A stretch of 60,699 nt of DNA, counting the filler, from Candidatus Woesearchaeota archaeon (GTDB lineage Archaea > Nanobdellota > Nanobdellia > Woesearchaeales > ARS49), in the NCBI GenBank assembly GCA_016188265.1. It is 4 parts of 4 records of this genome, joined end to end, with 100 filler letters (N's around TTAATTAATTAA, not from the genome) between each part and the next. Parts side by side here need not be neighbours in the genome. Positions count along the whole stretch, not along the records: positions 24,637 to 55,571 come from JACPID010000012.1; 3 more parts are not named here. The stretch is one strand, 5' to 3'. Below, in pieces: positions 38,467 to 47,923 of the stretch (the first letter of the stretch is position 1; the number at the start of each line of letters is the position of its first letter). A program made the translations under genes and the position numbers. The notes under the pieces are model-generated. The model saw only the letters and a list, made by a program, of their open reading frames with translations, was not told the DNA's origin and did no database searches.

Positions 38467-39216
38467 ATGCTGAAGAAACTGCTGATTTTATTGATTTTTT
38501 TCTTTTTTTTATCTTGCAAAGATGATGGGGCAGAATCTAAAACTGTTTTTAATCAAAGTGATGCTGTTGTAAAAATTCAGGCGGAAAATGCTTCAAATAT
38601 GCAGTTTATTGTTAGTAATCAATCTGTAAAGCCTGATTTCATAATTATAACTCCAAAACAAAATCAAATTTATGAAAGTAGCACTGTGCAACTTGAAATG
38701 TTGTTGGAAAATATTCAAAATGCAGCATTTAAAATAAGCATTGATGATGCTTCTCCTGAACTGGTTAAAACAACAAAAAAAATATTTATTTTAAATCCAG
38801 GAGAGCACAATGTGAGTGTTGAATTAATGAAAGATGAAAAAACCAGCTATGCTGTTAAAAAAACAGTTAGTTTTACTAATAATTATGTAAAACCTCCTGA
38901 GAATTTTGGTTTTGATATTAAATTTCCTGTAGAAGGTTATGGTGTTAAAGGCGATATTATTGCAGTGAGATTAGTGCTTAATGAATTCAGTATTGATACT
39001 ATTGGAGCAGGGAATCGTGAAGGACGGGGGCATTTTCATTTTTACCTTGATGGAAGCAAAAAACCTTTGGAAGTTGATAGTGCAACTTTTACAATTAAAG
39101 ATTTATCAGCTGGAACTCACGTTCTAGAAGTTGAAATGGTTAAATCAGATCATTCATCATATGGTTTAAAAAAAAAGGTGAACTTTGAAGCTCAAGTTAT
39201 TACATCTAAAACATGA
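38467..39216 (+). CDS. predicted lipoprotein with two Ig-like repeats
   Basis: FFLSC lipobox; GHFHFYLDG, GEH/GTH repeats. Confidence 0.7.
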   Translation: MLKKLLILLIFFFFLSCKDDGAESKTVFNQSDAVVKIQAENASNMQFIVSNQSVKPDFIIITPKQNQIYESSTVQLEMLLENIQNAAFKISIDDASPELVKTTKKIFILNPGEHNVSVELMKDEKTSYAVKKTVSFTNNYVKPPENFGFDIKFPVEGYGVKGDIIAVRLVLNEFSIDTIGAGNREGRGHFHFYLDGSKKPLEVDSATFTIKDLSAGTHVLEVEMVKSDHSSYGLKKKVNFEAQVITSKT

Positions 39217-40331
39217 GACTACTAAAAAAAGCAAATATTCATAATAAAAAAATTATTTTAAGAGTTGATTTTAATGTTCCTCTTAAAGGCAGTAAAATAG
39301 TTGATGATTCTAGAATTAAAGCTGCGCTTCCAACAATAAAATACTTGGTTAAAAATAAAAATATTATCTTGTTATTATCTCATCTTGGAAAACCCGAATA
39401 TCCTGATCCTGATTATTGTATTGAGCCTATTGCAAAGCATCTCTCAACACTTTTGAAAAAACAAGTTATTTTTGTCAGAAACCCAACAGAAGCAAAACAA
39501 AGATTGTCTAATGCTAAATTTGGTGATGTTTTAATGCTTGAAAATATTCGTTTTTTTCCAGGAGAAACAAAAAATACTGGCGGATTTGCCAACTCTATTG
39601 CTTCTCTCGGTGATGTTTATGTTAATGATGCTTTTGCAGCTTGTCACAGAGAGCATGCAACAATTGTTAGCGTTCCTAAAATGCTTCCCTCATATGCGGG
39701 ATTTTTAATTGAAAAAGAAGTGATTGAATTATCTAAATTATTCAAGCCAAAAAAACCTTTTATGCTTTTACTGGGCGGTGCAAAGGTAAGTACAAAAATT
39801 GAACTGCTTTCTTCACTTGGAAGCAATGTTAGTGAAATATTAGTTGGGGGTGCAATGGCATTTACTTTTTTAAAAGCGCAAGGTTATTTTGTTGGAAAAA
39901 GTTTTGTTGAAGATTCAGAGATTCAAACAGCAAAAGATTTGCTTAAACAATATAAAATTATTTTACCTCTTGATGTTGTTACTGAAAAAGATATTGTAGC
40001 AATTGATAATATTTCTGAAGATCAAGCTGGTTTTGATATTGGGCCTAAAACAGTTCAACTATTTTGTGATTATCTTTTGAAAGCTAAAACAGTATTTTGG
40101 AATGGCCCATTAGGCTTATATGAAAATGAAAAATTTCAAAGAGGAACATTCACAGTTGCAAAATCTCTTGCTAAGCAAAAATCCTGTAGAATCGTTGGCG
40201 GAGGAGATACTGTTGCAGCAATTTCTGAGCTAAATTTAGTTAAAAAATTCAGTCATGTTTCAACAGGCGGTGGTGCAGCGCTTGCTTTTTTAGCTAAAAA
40301 AACACTTCCAGGGATAGAGGTGCTTAAATGA
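39213..40331 (+). CDS. pgk: phosphoglycerate kinase
   Basis: RVDFNVP, SHLGKP, LENIRF, HVSTGGGA. Confidence 0.97.
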   Translation: MRLLKKANIHNKKIILRVDFNVPLKGSKIVDDSRIKAALPTIKYLVKNKNIILLLSHLGKPEYPDPDYCIEPIAKHLSTLLKKQVIFVRNPTEAKQRLSNAKFGDVLMLENIRFFPGETKNTGGFANSIASLGDVYVNDAFAACHREHATIVSVPKMLPSYAGFLIEKEVIELSKLFKPKKPFMLLLGGAKVSTKIELLSSLGSNVSEILVGGAMAFTFLKAQGYFVGKSFVEDSEIQTAKDLLKQYKIILPLDVVTEKDIVAIDNISEDQAGFDIGPKTVQLFCDYLLKAKTVFWNGPLGLYENEKFQRGTFTVAKSLAKQKSCRIVGGGDTVAAISELNLVKKFSHVSTGGGAALAFLAKKTLPGIEVLK

Positions 40332-40678
40332 TTGATCAAAAAAAAATTGCACTTAGGCATATTAAGGAATTATTAGAGGAAGCAGAAAAAAACACGGAAT
40401 TTGCAAAAAGATATGTCCATCTTGCAAGAAATATTTCTAAAAGAACTAAAACACCAATACCCTCTGGACTTAAAAGGCGTTTTTGCAAAAAATGTTCAAC
40501 TTTTTTTATTATTGGTGAGAATTGCAGAGTTAGAACCACTAATGGTAAAGTAAGCTATACATGTTTGGAATGTAAAAATGTTCAAAGATTTCCTTATATT
40601 AAAGAACAAAAGCAAAAAAGAGCTAGCCTCGCACGTGCTTATTCTGCAAAGTCAGAGCATAAACAAATAAAGCAATAA
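40328..40678 (+). CDS. rnp4: RNase P protein component 4 (Rpp21)
   Basis: AKRYV.LA, KRRFCKKC, TCLECK..RFPY. Confidence 0.92.
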   Translation: MIDQKKIALRHIKELLEEAEKNTEFAKRYVHLARNISKRTKTPIPSGLKRRFCKKCSTFFIIGENCRVRTTNGKVSYTCLECKNVQRFPYIKEQKQKRASLARAYSAKSEHKQIKQ

Positions 40679-40934
40679 TTAGGAATTCAAAAAAGCCATT
40701 AACATGTACAGGTATTAATAACCATTTAAGTGCACGAAGAATAGTTAAAACTTCTTCTAAAACAAAAATAATCAATCCTGCAAAGAGAAGTTTCCAAGGT
40801 TGCAAGTATAATTTTTTTCTTGCTGATGTTTTGAAAAGCAAAATAAATAAAAACAAAACAATTAGTACAAAAGTAAGATTATAATATGGCGCTACAAAAG
40901 TAAATGCTTCATTTACATTAACTATTTTAACCAC
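40623..40934 (-). CDS. small membrane protein
   Basis: Three TM helices, PWKLLF..FVLEE; start approximate. Confidence 0.65.
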   Translation of the reverse strand: MVKIVNVNEAFTFVAPYYNLTFVLIVLFLFILLFKTSARKKLYLQPWKLLFAGLIIFVLEEVLTILRALKWLLIPVHVNGFFEFLIIALFVYALTLQNKHVRG

Positions 40935-41260
40935 CCTTTGCTGACGCTTAACTGAATTATAAGTGAAGTTATTAGCAGTAATAAAATGCCTGAAGGAAGA
41001 ATATGAGTCCACATATTTGGTTTCATTACTCCAAATGCTACAAGTGCGCCAATAATTTCTTCTGCTGTAAATAAAACAAGTGCCGGAATTAAAAACAACC
41101 ATGCTCTAAGTACTGCTCTTTTTCTTGCACTATCAAACAGGCTTAATGCAATTCCTCCTGCAAATACCGCCATAAATACTGCTGCAAGCTGAGCTATTCC
41201 ATAAATCCAGTCATAAACAGTAAGTACTATATACTTCACCTCTTTACTGTAATTGATCAA
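40922..41260 (-). CDS. small membrane protein, apparent paralog of neighbour
   Basis: SARKR..AWLFL..FTAEE parallels SARKK..PWKLL..FVLEE. Confidence 0.65.
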   Translation of the reverse strand: MINYSKEVKYIVLTVYDWIYGIAQLAAVFMAVFAGGIALSLFDSARKRAVLRAWLFLIPALVLFTAEEIIGALVAFGVMKPNMWTHILPSGILLLLITSLIIQLSVSKGWLK

Positions 41261-41295
41261 AAAGTATATATAAAACTTTTCATATACTATAATGT

Positions 41296-41847
41296 ATGAA
41301 TCTTCCCAATGCTTTAAGTTACTTTAGACTTGTAGGAACATTTGTTATGTTAATCTTTTCTTTTTTGCAAAATACTTTATTGACAATTATTTTTTATGTT
41401 GTTCTAGGATTGAGTGATGCTGTTGATGGCTTTATTGCAAGAGTTTTCAATTTAGAAACAGAACTTGGAGCAAAACTTGACTCACTTGCAGATCAAATAT
41501 TTTATTATAGTTCCCCAATAATTTTGTACTTATTTTTTCCAATATTTATTAAAGAACAAGCTTTAATTATACTCATAATAATTGTAAGTGCATTGCTTAT
41601 GGAATTAATACATTTGATTAAACACAAAACATTTGGTTATTTGCACTTGTATTCTGCAAAAATTTCCGCACTGATTCTTTATTTTTTCACACTTCATTCA
41701 CTTATTTTTAATCCTTTACTTATATTATTTTATGTATTAGCCGCAGTGTTAATGTTTCATTTTATTGAAGAAATAATCTTAGTGTTGATTATTAAAAAAC
41801 CAAAATCAAATATGAAAAGCCTTTTTCACTATTTATGGAAGAAATAA
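41296..41847 (+). CDS. CDP-alcohol phosphatidyltransferase
   Basis: SDAVDGFIAR..LGAKLDSLAD signature. Confidence 0.93.
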   Translation: MNLPNALSYFRLVGTFVMLIFSFLQNTLLTIIFYVVLGLSDAVDGFIARVFNLETELGAKLDSLADQIFYYSSPIILYLFFPIFIKEQALIILIIIVSALLMELIHLIKHKTFGYLHLYSAKISALILYFFTLHSLIFNPLLILFYVLAAVLMFHFIEEIILVLIIKKPKSNMKSLFHYLWKK

Positions 41848-42353
41848 TAAAACCCTTATATTTTTTATTTCCTGCATATTTTGCTAATATGGCTCCTGTT
41901 TTTGTAAGTAAAGTATTTAAAAAAAATTGGCCTTTAGATTTTGGTAAAAAGTATAAAAATCTTAGAATTTTAGGAAGCCATAAAACAATTCAAGGCTTTG
42001 TTGGCGGCGTATTTATCAGCACACTAGCAGGCTGGCTTCAGTATGCATATTCTCCGCAAAATTGGTTATTGTATTTTGACTCTGGATTATTAATAGGATT
42101 TTTGCAAGGCTTTGGAGCATTAACTGGCGATGCTGTAAAAAGTTTTTTCAAAAGAAGAATTAACATTAAACCAGGACAGCCGTGGATACCTTATGATCAA
42201 ATAGATTATGTAATCGGAGCATTATTGTTTAGTTCTTTTGTTTATTTTGTTGGCTGGTGGCAATTTATGTTTTTAATTATAGTTAGTGCATTGCTTCATA
42301 TAGCAGTAAATCATATAGGATACTGGCTGGGAATAAGAGATGTGAAATGGTAA
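41835..42353 (+). CDS. carS: CDP-archaeol synthase
   Basis: PAYFANMAP, PLDFG, GSHKT, GDAVKSFFKRR, DQID. Confidence 0.92.
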   Translation: MEEIIKPLYFLFPAYFANMAPVFVSKVFKKNWPLDFGKKYKNLRILGSHKTIQGFVGGVFISTLAGWLQYAYSPQNWLLYFDSGLLIGFLQGFGALTGDAVKSFFKRRINIKPGQPWIPYDQIDYVIGALLFSSFVYFVGWWQFMFLIIVSALLHIAVNHIGYWLGIRDVKW

Positions 42354-42364
42354 ATTAACACATA

Positions 42365-42625
42365 TTACATCCATTCACTATGTCCCCATTGAATAAGAAG
42401 ATCTACTCCTAAAAGTTCTACTTGTAAAGGAATATCACAAGCGCCATAACAGCTGCCTGCCCAGGTTATTACTGTAGCTTCAGTTTCTTTTTCTAGCTTT
42501 TCAGCAATTTCTCCAGCTTTTGGTTTTAATCCATCAGGTAGTTGAATGCACACTCTTCTAGCATTTTCTAGTTTAATTTTACTAATAACTTTTTCTAATT
42601 CCAGATCATAATCCATGAATTGCAT
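42365..42625 (-). CDS. short Dph2-like (diphthamide synthesis) N-terminal-domain protein
   Basis: IQLPDGLK, CYGACD, QWGHS; only 86 aa. Confidence 0.85.
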   Translation of the reverse strand: MQFMDYDLELEKVISKIKLENARRVCIQLPDGLKPKAGEIAEKLEKETEATVITWAGSCYGACDIPLQVELLGVDLLIQWGHSEWM

Positions 42626-42710
42626 ACTTATAAAGGATTGACGTAAGCTTTATAAACATACCCATTGTTAAAAATATTTCCTTAACAAGTTTACAAGTTC
42701 GGAAATATCT

Positions 42711-42800
42711 GCCCCTATAGCTTAGCGGTGGAGCGCGCGGCTGTTACACTAATACTGTGTTGAAACCGCGAGGTCGCCAGTTCGAATCTGGCTAGGGGCG
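42711..42800 (+). tRNA. tRNA-Asn(GTT) with 18-nt intron (42747-42764) at 37/38
   Basis: Acceptor GCCCCTA/TAGGGGC, stem CGCGG/CCGCG, loop CTGTTA^A, TTCGAAT. Confidence 0.92.
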
Positions 42801-42810
42801 TACTTTTAGT

Positions 42811-43089
42811 ATGGATGAAAAAGAATTACTTAGGCAAAAATTATTGAAAAATACTGGAGAAAGATTTTCTGAACATGAATTAAACACTTTGTATAAAAAT
42901 ATTATTTCAGAAGGCACTGGTAAACAGTTTGATTTGAGCCATAATAAAAACTGGCTTGTGCATACAAGACCTATTCTGGAAGCATTTTTTTTTTATGCAA
43001 AGTATTTCTTAGAAATGGCAGTAAAGTATGGAAAAATCGATAAGATTCCAGATTATTTACCAAGTGGTTTAGCAGCTTATTTTTTTTAA
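42811..43089 (+). pseudogene. probable fragment of a conserved hypothetical gene
   Basis: EGTG..F..N..W..TRPILEAFF.AKYFLEM..LPSG looks like a C-terminal portion; sits between tRNA and repeat. Confidence 0.4.
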
Positions 43090-43124
43090 CGTAAATTTCG
43101 AAGAAATCTCGATAAGTTTTTTTT

Positions 43125-43436
43125 AAACACTAAGATTCACTAGTGTTTCACTAGTGGTTTAGTAGTGGTTCTCAAAAAGCCACGCTTTTTGGAACGTCAG
43201 AAATAGCCACTCGCAATCTCCTTGCTTCAGCTCGGAGTAAGAGGGCGATTTCTGAGCGTGATCAAGAACACGCCCCGGGCTTTAGCCCGGCGGTTCTTGA
43301 CACACCGAAAATGTTTTGCATTTTCGATTGAATCTTGGTGTGCTCAGCACAGAAAATGCGTTGCATTTTCTTGTGAACCACTGGATGCTGAAACCGAAGT
43401 TTCATGCCACTGGTCTATTGACCAGTGGTTCTTGAC
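43125..43436. repeat. Nested modular palindromic repeat (A interrupted by E+F, then D)
   Basis: A arms at 43125-43170 and 43330-43342 separated by extra hairpins; F = ATCAAGAAC..CCGGGCTTTAGCCCGG..GTTCTTGAC. Confidence 0.9.
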
Positions 43437-43534
43437 ATTTTTCAATTAAAAATCTTTTCAATTATTTACTTATAAAATCTTACTCAAAAATAGTCTCATA
43501 AAACAGCAGAGTATTATTTGCAACTAAGCTTTTC

Positions 43535-43567
43535 ACCACAAACCACCAACTACAAACCACAGACTAA
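43535..43567. repeat. heptamer tandem repeat
   Basis: 31/33 match to reverse complement of 1574-1606. Confidence 0.75.
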
Positions 43568-43574
43568 TATAGTA

Positions 43575-46148
43575 CTAGACAGCTTTTATTCTTATATCAT
43601 CAAGTCCTAGAATTGTTAATTCAGCTTCTTGAGAAGTTATGTCTTTAGTCTTGCCTGATGATAATGCTCTTGCTGCAGCTCTTGTGTCTTCGCCTCTGAA
43701 TCCTGCTACAAGCAATGCAGTATTTCCATTTGCATGTTCAAAATATTTTAGTTTTGCAAGTCCTCTTTCAAAATCTTTTATACAAGACTCGGGATTGTTA
43801 AGCAATTTTGCCGCCACACTATTCGCGCACGGTCCGCCTATTATTATTGAATTAAATCTTGTTATGTCGTTTATTTCTGCATCTAGTTTTGCAACTCCTG
43901 CTCCTAGTTCTATTATTTTTTGTGTTTTTGATGTGCTGGTTGATGTTTTTTCTACTGCTCCGCCTGTTAAAAAAACTTGAGCTCCTCGTTGAGATAATGG
44001 ATGTATTACTGTTAGCTCTTCAGGAATATCACTTGTTGCTGAATCATACAATTCAATGAGCTGCCCGTATTTTGTTAGTGCTTGGAATATTTGAGGTTCG
44101 TCTCTTAAATTTATCAAGCTTACATTAGTTATGTCAGTTCTTGGCATGCTGATCACACCGCTGCTTGCTTGTTTGATATTTACATTTATTGTTGTATTTG
44201 CTGATCTCGGGCTTGTATCAAAATTATCTTCACAAACTTGCAGAGATACAGTCATATCATTTCCAGTTAAGGGATTTGCTGTTCCTGTTATTCCATTGCT
44301 GGTTGTATTTTCACAAAAGTTTACAATTAATCCTCCTTCACAGTAAAAGCTGACTCTATTATTATCACATAAAACACCGTCGCCGTCTAAATCAATGCTT
44401 AAATTTGTATCTGCAATGCTTTCATCTCCGCTTACTGCTATTGTTGTTCCATGTGATATTGGTCTTCCTTGATTTGCACCTGTGCTGCTTAGTACAAACT
44501 GAAGTGTTCCAGCTGCAAGATCTTTCCATTTTACAACCTTGCTTGTTGGATCATAGCTTGAGTATTCATACACTGCACTAAATGCTGTATCATCACAAGA
44601 ACTAAGCTGGCAGCTTCCGCCTTCGCTTGATCTTACTTGGCTGCTTCCGTCATTGTTTGAGATTATGAAAAAATCTCTTACAGCAACATTTCTATCACTG
44701 ACTGAATTTGAACATTCTTGCCATACTAATTCCCTGTTTTCATTTGAAACAAAATCTCCTGAGAATAAACCACTGCCTCCTTCTGCTGTTGCTAATGGAA
44801 ATGCATATTCCAGCCCTTCTTGATTTACACAACGAAGCAAGTATTTTCCTCTGCCTCTTGACTGAATTTTTAGTGTTGTAGTTCCAGTTTCTCCCAGTCC
44901 TTCATATCTTATATCCCAGCTATTAACTATTAATGCTTCTGGTTCATCAAGATATTCGCTTACTGTATGTCCTGCAGGTACATACACATCACCAATTAAT
45001 CCATCTGCAGTTATGTTTATTGCAAATCTTTCTATTTTTGCTCTAGAAAGAACAGCGCCAGAATCCTGTGTTCCTTCAGGTGTTATAATAACTAGTGCAT
45101 TATTTGATTCTATAACTTCATTGTTGACTTCTAATCCTCCTTTTGTTGCAATAGTGTCATTCCATAAATTGTCTAATAAGCGTATTTTTTTAACTCCTGC
45201 ATAAATACTGACTAAAGAGCTTTGAGTTTCTTTGACTGTTGGAACAATATCTGACACTCCTATTAGTGTTCCGTCTGGAAGTGGTTCTACTTCTCCAATT
45301 TTCATTCTTGGCAATACCTTGCCATCTGCTTTAAGAATTACTTCATTGTTTGTTTCAGAAATAATAACAATTTCAATTTGGTGTTCTTTTCCATTTACAC
45401 TTGCAGTATAACGATCACCTTCGCCTAGCGCAAGGTATGATTGCCCTCCTATAAATGTTATTTCTGCTCTTCCAGGATTTGTTGAATTTCCTTTAACTTT
45501 TGCATCTACAATTGTGAATTCTGTTCCTAAAATGTTAAGTTTTCTATTATCAAGATTTGTCAGGGTGCCGTCACTTTCAACATCTGATACAAGCCCTTCT
45601 TCAAATTGTAAAATCCATGTTGCAATTTCATGACTGCTTCTGAAAAATAGAAAATCTCCTACTTTTTGATGTTGATCTTCTGCAAAAACAACTCTGTTAG
45701 AAGTGTATGTAGATTGTTTTGGGAATTGCAGGTATTGATTGTATTTAGTTATTCCTCTTTGTGTTGAAATTGATCCTCCTTTAAGTATGCCAATATCAGC
45801 TTCTGTGAAAGTATCTCTTACTGCGCCAAGGGTTTCATCAATTTCAAGAAGATCTGTTGGTGTGCCAAATTCAACTGCAGCTCCAGTTAATCTTACTTTT
45901 GCTTGAGTTGTTGGCAGTTCTTCTTCAATAACCGCAGATTGTTGCAAGTATTGTATTATATCCATTGCTCCTGCAGTGTCTGTGCCTTTTGAATCTGCAC
46001 CAACAACAATTGCCAGATTTGTTGCAGGAATACCTTCTACAATAAATGGCTCAGGAAAACTAGATAGTTTTACAGCTGAAGCAAATGGCATTAAAAATGA
46101 TATAACTCCTAATGAAATTGCTTTTTTCCAATTTGTAAAAGTACGCAT
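43575..46148 (-). CDS. S-layer protein
   Basis: Signal peptide, LSSFPEPF..IVVG N-domain, IIIGGPCANSVAA..LLVAG..DTRAAA C-domain. Confidence 0.88.
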   Translation of the reverse strand: MRTFTNWKKAISLGVISFLMPFASAVKLSSFPEPFIVEGIPATNLAIVVGADSKGTDTAGAMDIIQYLQQSAVIEEELPTTQAKVRLTGAAVEFGTPTDLLEIDETLGAVRDTFTEADIGILKGGSISTQRGITKYNQYLQFPKQSTYTSNRVVFAEDQHQKVGDFLFFRSSHEIATWILQFEEGLVSDVESDGTLTNLDNRKLNILGTEFTIVDAKVKGNSTNPGRAEITFIGGQSYLALGEGDRYTASVNGKEHQIEIVIISETNNEVILKADGKVLPRMKIGEVEPLPDGTLIGVSDIVPTVKETQSSLVSIYAGVKKIRLLDNLWNDTIATKGGLEVNNEVIESNNALVIITPEGTQDSGAVLSRAKIERFAINITADGLIGDVYVPAGHTVSEYLDEPEALIVNSWDIRYEGLGETGTTTLKIQSRGRGKYLLRCVNQEGLEYAFPLATAEGGSGLFSGDFVSNENRELVWQECSNSVSDRNVAVRDFFIISNNDGSSQVRSSEGGSCQLSSCDDTAFSAVYEYSSYDPTSKVVKWKDLAAGTLQFVLSSTGANQGRPISHGTTIAVSGDESIADTNLSIDLDGDGVLCDNNRVSFYCEGGLIVNFCENTTSNGITGTANPLTGNDMTVSLQVCEDNFDTSPRSANTTINVNIKQASSGVISMPRTDITNVSLINLRDEPQIFQALTKYGQLIELYDSATSDIPEELTVIHPLSQRGAQVFLTGGAVEKTSTSTSKTQKIIELGAGVAKLDAEINDITRFNSIIIGGPCANSVAAKLLNNPESCIKDFERGLAKLKYFEHANGNTALLVAGFRGEDTRAAARALSSGKTKDITSQEAELTILGLDDIRIKAV

Positions 46149-46206
46149 TAATCCACCTTCTTTTTATGATTATTTTAGCAATAGAACTATTTAAAAGCTT
46201 TGATTA

Positions 46207-46388
46207 TATAGTTGAGGACATAAATGAAGCATTTATAATTTAGCCTCAACTATAATGCCAGACATAAATAATTATACAAATTGTTATGCCTGGCAAATAT
46301 ACTAAATGACAATTTTGTATAAATAATTATGTCATTTACTATAGATTGAAAAAGACAAACTATTTTATGTGTTACTTTTGTCTTTTTC
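46207..46388. repeat. four consecutive ~40-45 bp hairpins sharing a GACA-N18-22-(T/A)G(T/C)C core
   Basis: Units 1 and 4 recur adjacent at 48722-48811. Confidence 0.75.
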
Positions 46389-46846
46389 TAAGAACGATGT
46401 TCCCAGTAATGAAAAATAAGCAGAATTGCACCTATTGATATTGCAGTATCTGCCAGATTAAATGTAGGAAAAAAAGAAAATGCAATAAAATCAATTACTT
46501 TACAATACAAAATTCTATCAAATATGTTTCCTAAAGCACCGCCCACAATTAATCCTAAAGATGTTGTTGTTATACTTGTGTGAAAAAATTCTTTGCGGTA
46601 GTACAATAATACTAGAACAATTGTTATTGCAGTTATCAAGATAATGCTGCTCCAGTTCTGAAAAAAACTAAAAGCAATGCCTGTATTTGTAACATTTTTT
46701 ATTGAAAACCATGAAATCAAATCTATTTCTTGGCCAGGGTTTAAAATTGATTTAATGATATATTTTGATATTTGATCTATTATAAATGCAATAATAATTA
46801 TTGATGAGAAAATAGTTTGTTTATTCACCTTCAGCAATCCTTTCAA
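46388..46846 (-). CDS. lspA: lipoprotein signal peptidase II
   Basis: DQISK, NTGIAFS, GGALGNIFDR, VIDFI, FNLAD. Confidence 0.92.
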   Translation of the reverse strand: MKGLLKVNKQTIFSSIIIIAFIIDQISKYIIKSILNPGQEIDLISWFSIKNVTNTGIAFSFFQNWSSIILITAITIVLVLLYYRKEFFHTSITTTSLGLIVGGALGNIFDRILYCKVIDFIAFSFFPTFNLADTAISIGAILLIFHYWEHRS

Positions 46847-47075
46847 TATGTTCTACACGTTGATTTAAGCTTTCTAGTAATGCCTTGATAGCATCTAGCT
46901 TTGCGTTTAATAATTCCAAATCTTTTTTCATATCTCCAGTTGGTTGTTCTGCAAAAGGACTTTCTAAAGAAGGCCTGCGTACTTCAGGCATGCTTAAATC
47001 TTCGAATTTATTTTCAGCTTCAAATGTTTCTTCAGCAGGAAGCTCTTCTTCTTTTTTTCTTTTCCAAAATGCCAT
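46821..47075 (-). CDS. hypothetical protein with C-terminal coiled coil
   Basis: KDLELLNAKLDAIKALLESLNQRVEHIE; operon spacing. Confidence 0.75.
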   Translation of the reverse strand: MAFWKRKKEEELPAEETFEAENKFEDLSMPEVRRPSLESPFAEQPTGDMKKDLELLNAKLDAIKALLESLNQRVEHIERIAEGE

Positions 47076-47076
47076 T

Positions 47077-47451
47077 TTATTTTTCTAAAAATATTGATTT
47101 TATTTTACCTTTAAATTTTTCCGTAATATTAGCATTTTTTATCTTGTCAAAAAAACCTGTTGAGTTTGTTTCAACTGATTCTTTAAGTTTATTAATATCT
47201 TTTTCAACTTCATTTGTTAGTACTACTCTTGGTTTTTGAATTATTGGAGCAATTGTTGATTTTGCTTCATTTAAAGGTTCAACTACTAAAGCACTCATTG
47301 ATGTTCCTGTTATTAGTGAAAAGACAAAGATTCCTACAAGTAGAACAATAATAAATGCAACAATTGTCAATGCTGTTTTAATTAAAAATCTAATAATTAC
47401 TATAGACAGGATTATTACAAACAGCCATAAAATAATTGAGATAGCATCCAT
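47077..47451 (-). CDS. membrane protein
   Basis: Two N-terminal TM helices; 1-bp gene spacing. Confidence 0.7.
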   Translation of the reverse strand: MDAISIILWLFVIILSIVIIRFLIKTALTIVAFIIVLLVGIFVFSLITGTSMSALVVEPLNEAKSTIAPIIQKPRVVLTNEVEKDINKLKESVETNSTGFFDKIKNANITEKFKGKIKSIFLEK

Positions 47452-47452
47452 T

Positions 47453-47923
47453 TTAATTACACTCTTTTATTACTCTTTCAAAACACTTGTTAATAGGCTC
47501 ATTATTCTGAACGGGCATTTCTTTAAATTCTCTTGCTTTATTTAAAAAGTCCTGTCTTCTTTCTCTAGGAATATTATATTCATTCATAAATTTATCTACT
47601 ATTTCTTCTTGTCTTTGAGCTTGTTTTTCAGCAAGCGGTTGTTCTATCTGGATTCTTGTTTGTGCTTCTTCTTTTTTAAGATACTTTCCTAGCTGTTCTA
47701 AAAAACTTGAAACCCAGCTATCTTCTGAGTTTTTTATAGATAATCCAGTTACAGCTCCTTGTGGCAGAAAAGGAACATCAATTGTTGTTGCTAAAAGAAA
47801 AATAGTTATTGAAACAATTATTATTCTTATCACTCTTTTATTTTTAAATGGTAGAGGAATCTTTACAGCAACACCTAATAAAAAAAGCAATGATATAAAA
47901 AGCGCAAATTTAGGTATAATCAT
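47453..47923 (-). CDS. membrane protein
   Basis: Two TM helices; overlaps upstream gene end. Confidence 0.7.
   Translation of the reverse strand: MIIPKFALFISLLFLLGVAVKIPLPFKNKRVIRIIIVSITIFLLATTIDVPFLPQGAVTGLSIKNSEDSWVSSFLEQLGKYLKKEEAQTRIQIEQPLAEKQAQRQEEIVDKFMNEYNIPRERRQDFLNKAREFKEMPVQNNEPINKCFERVIKECN

Noticed and set aside
43222..43449. 75-aa ORF
   Set aside because: Translation of the palindromic repeat; same for 24395-24592
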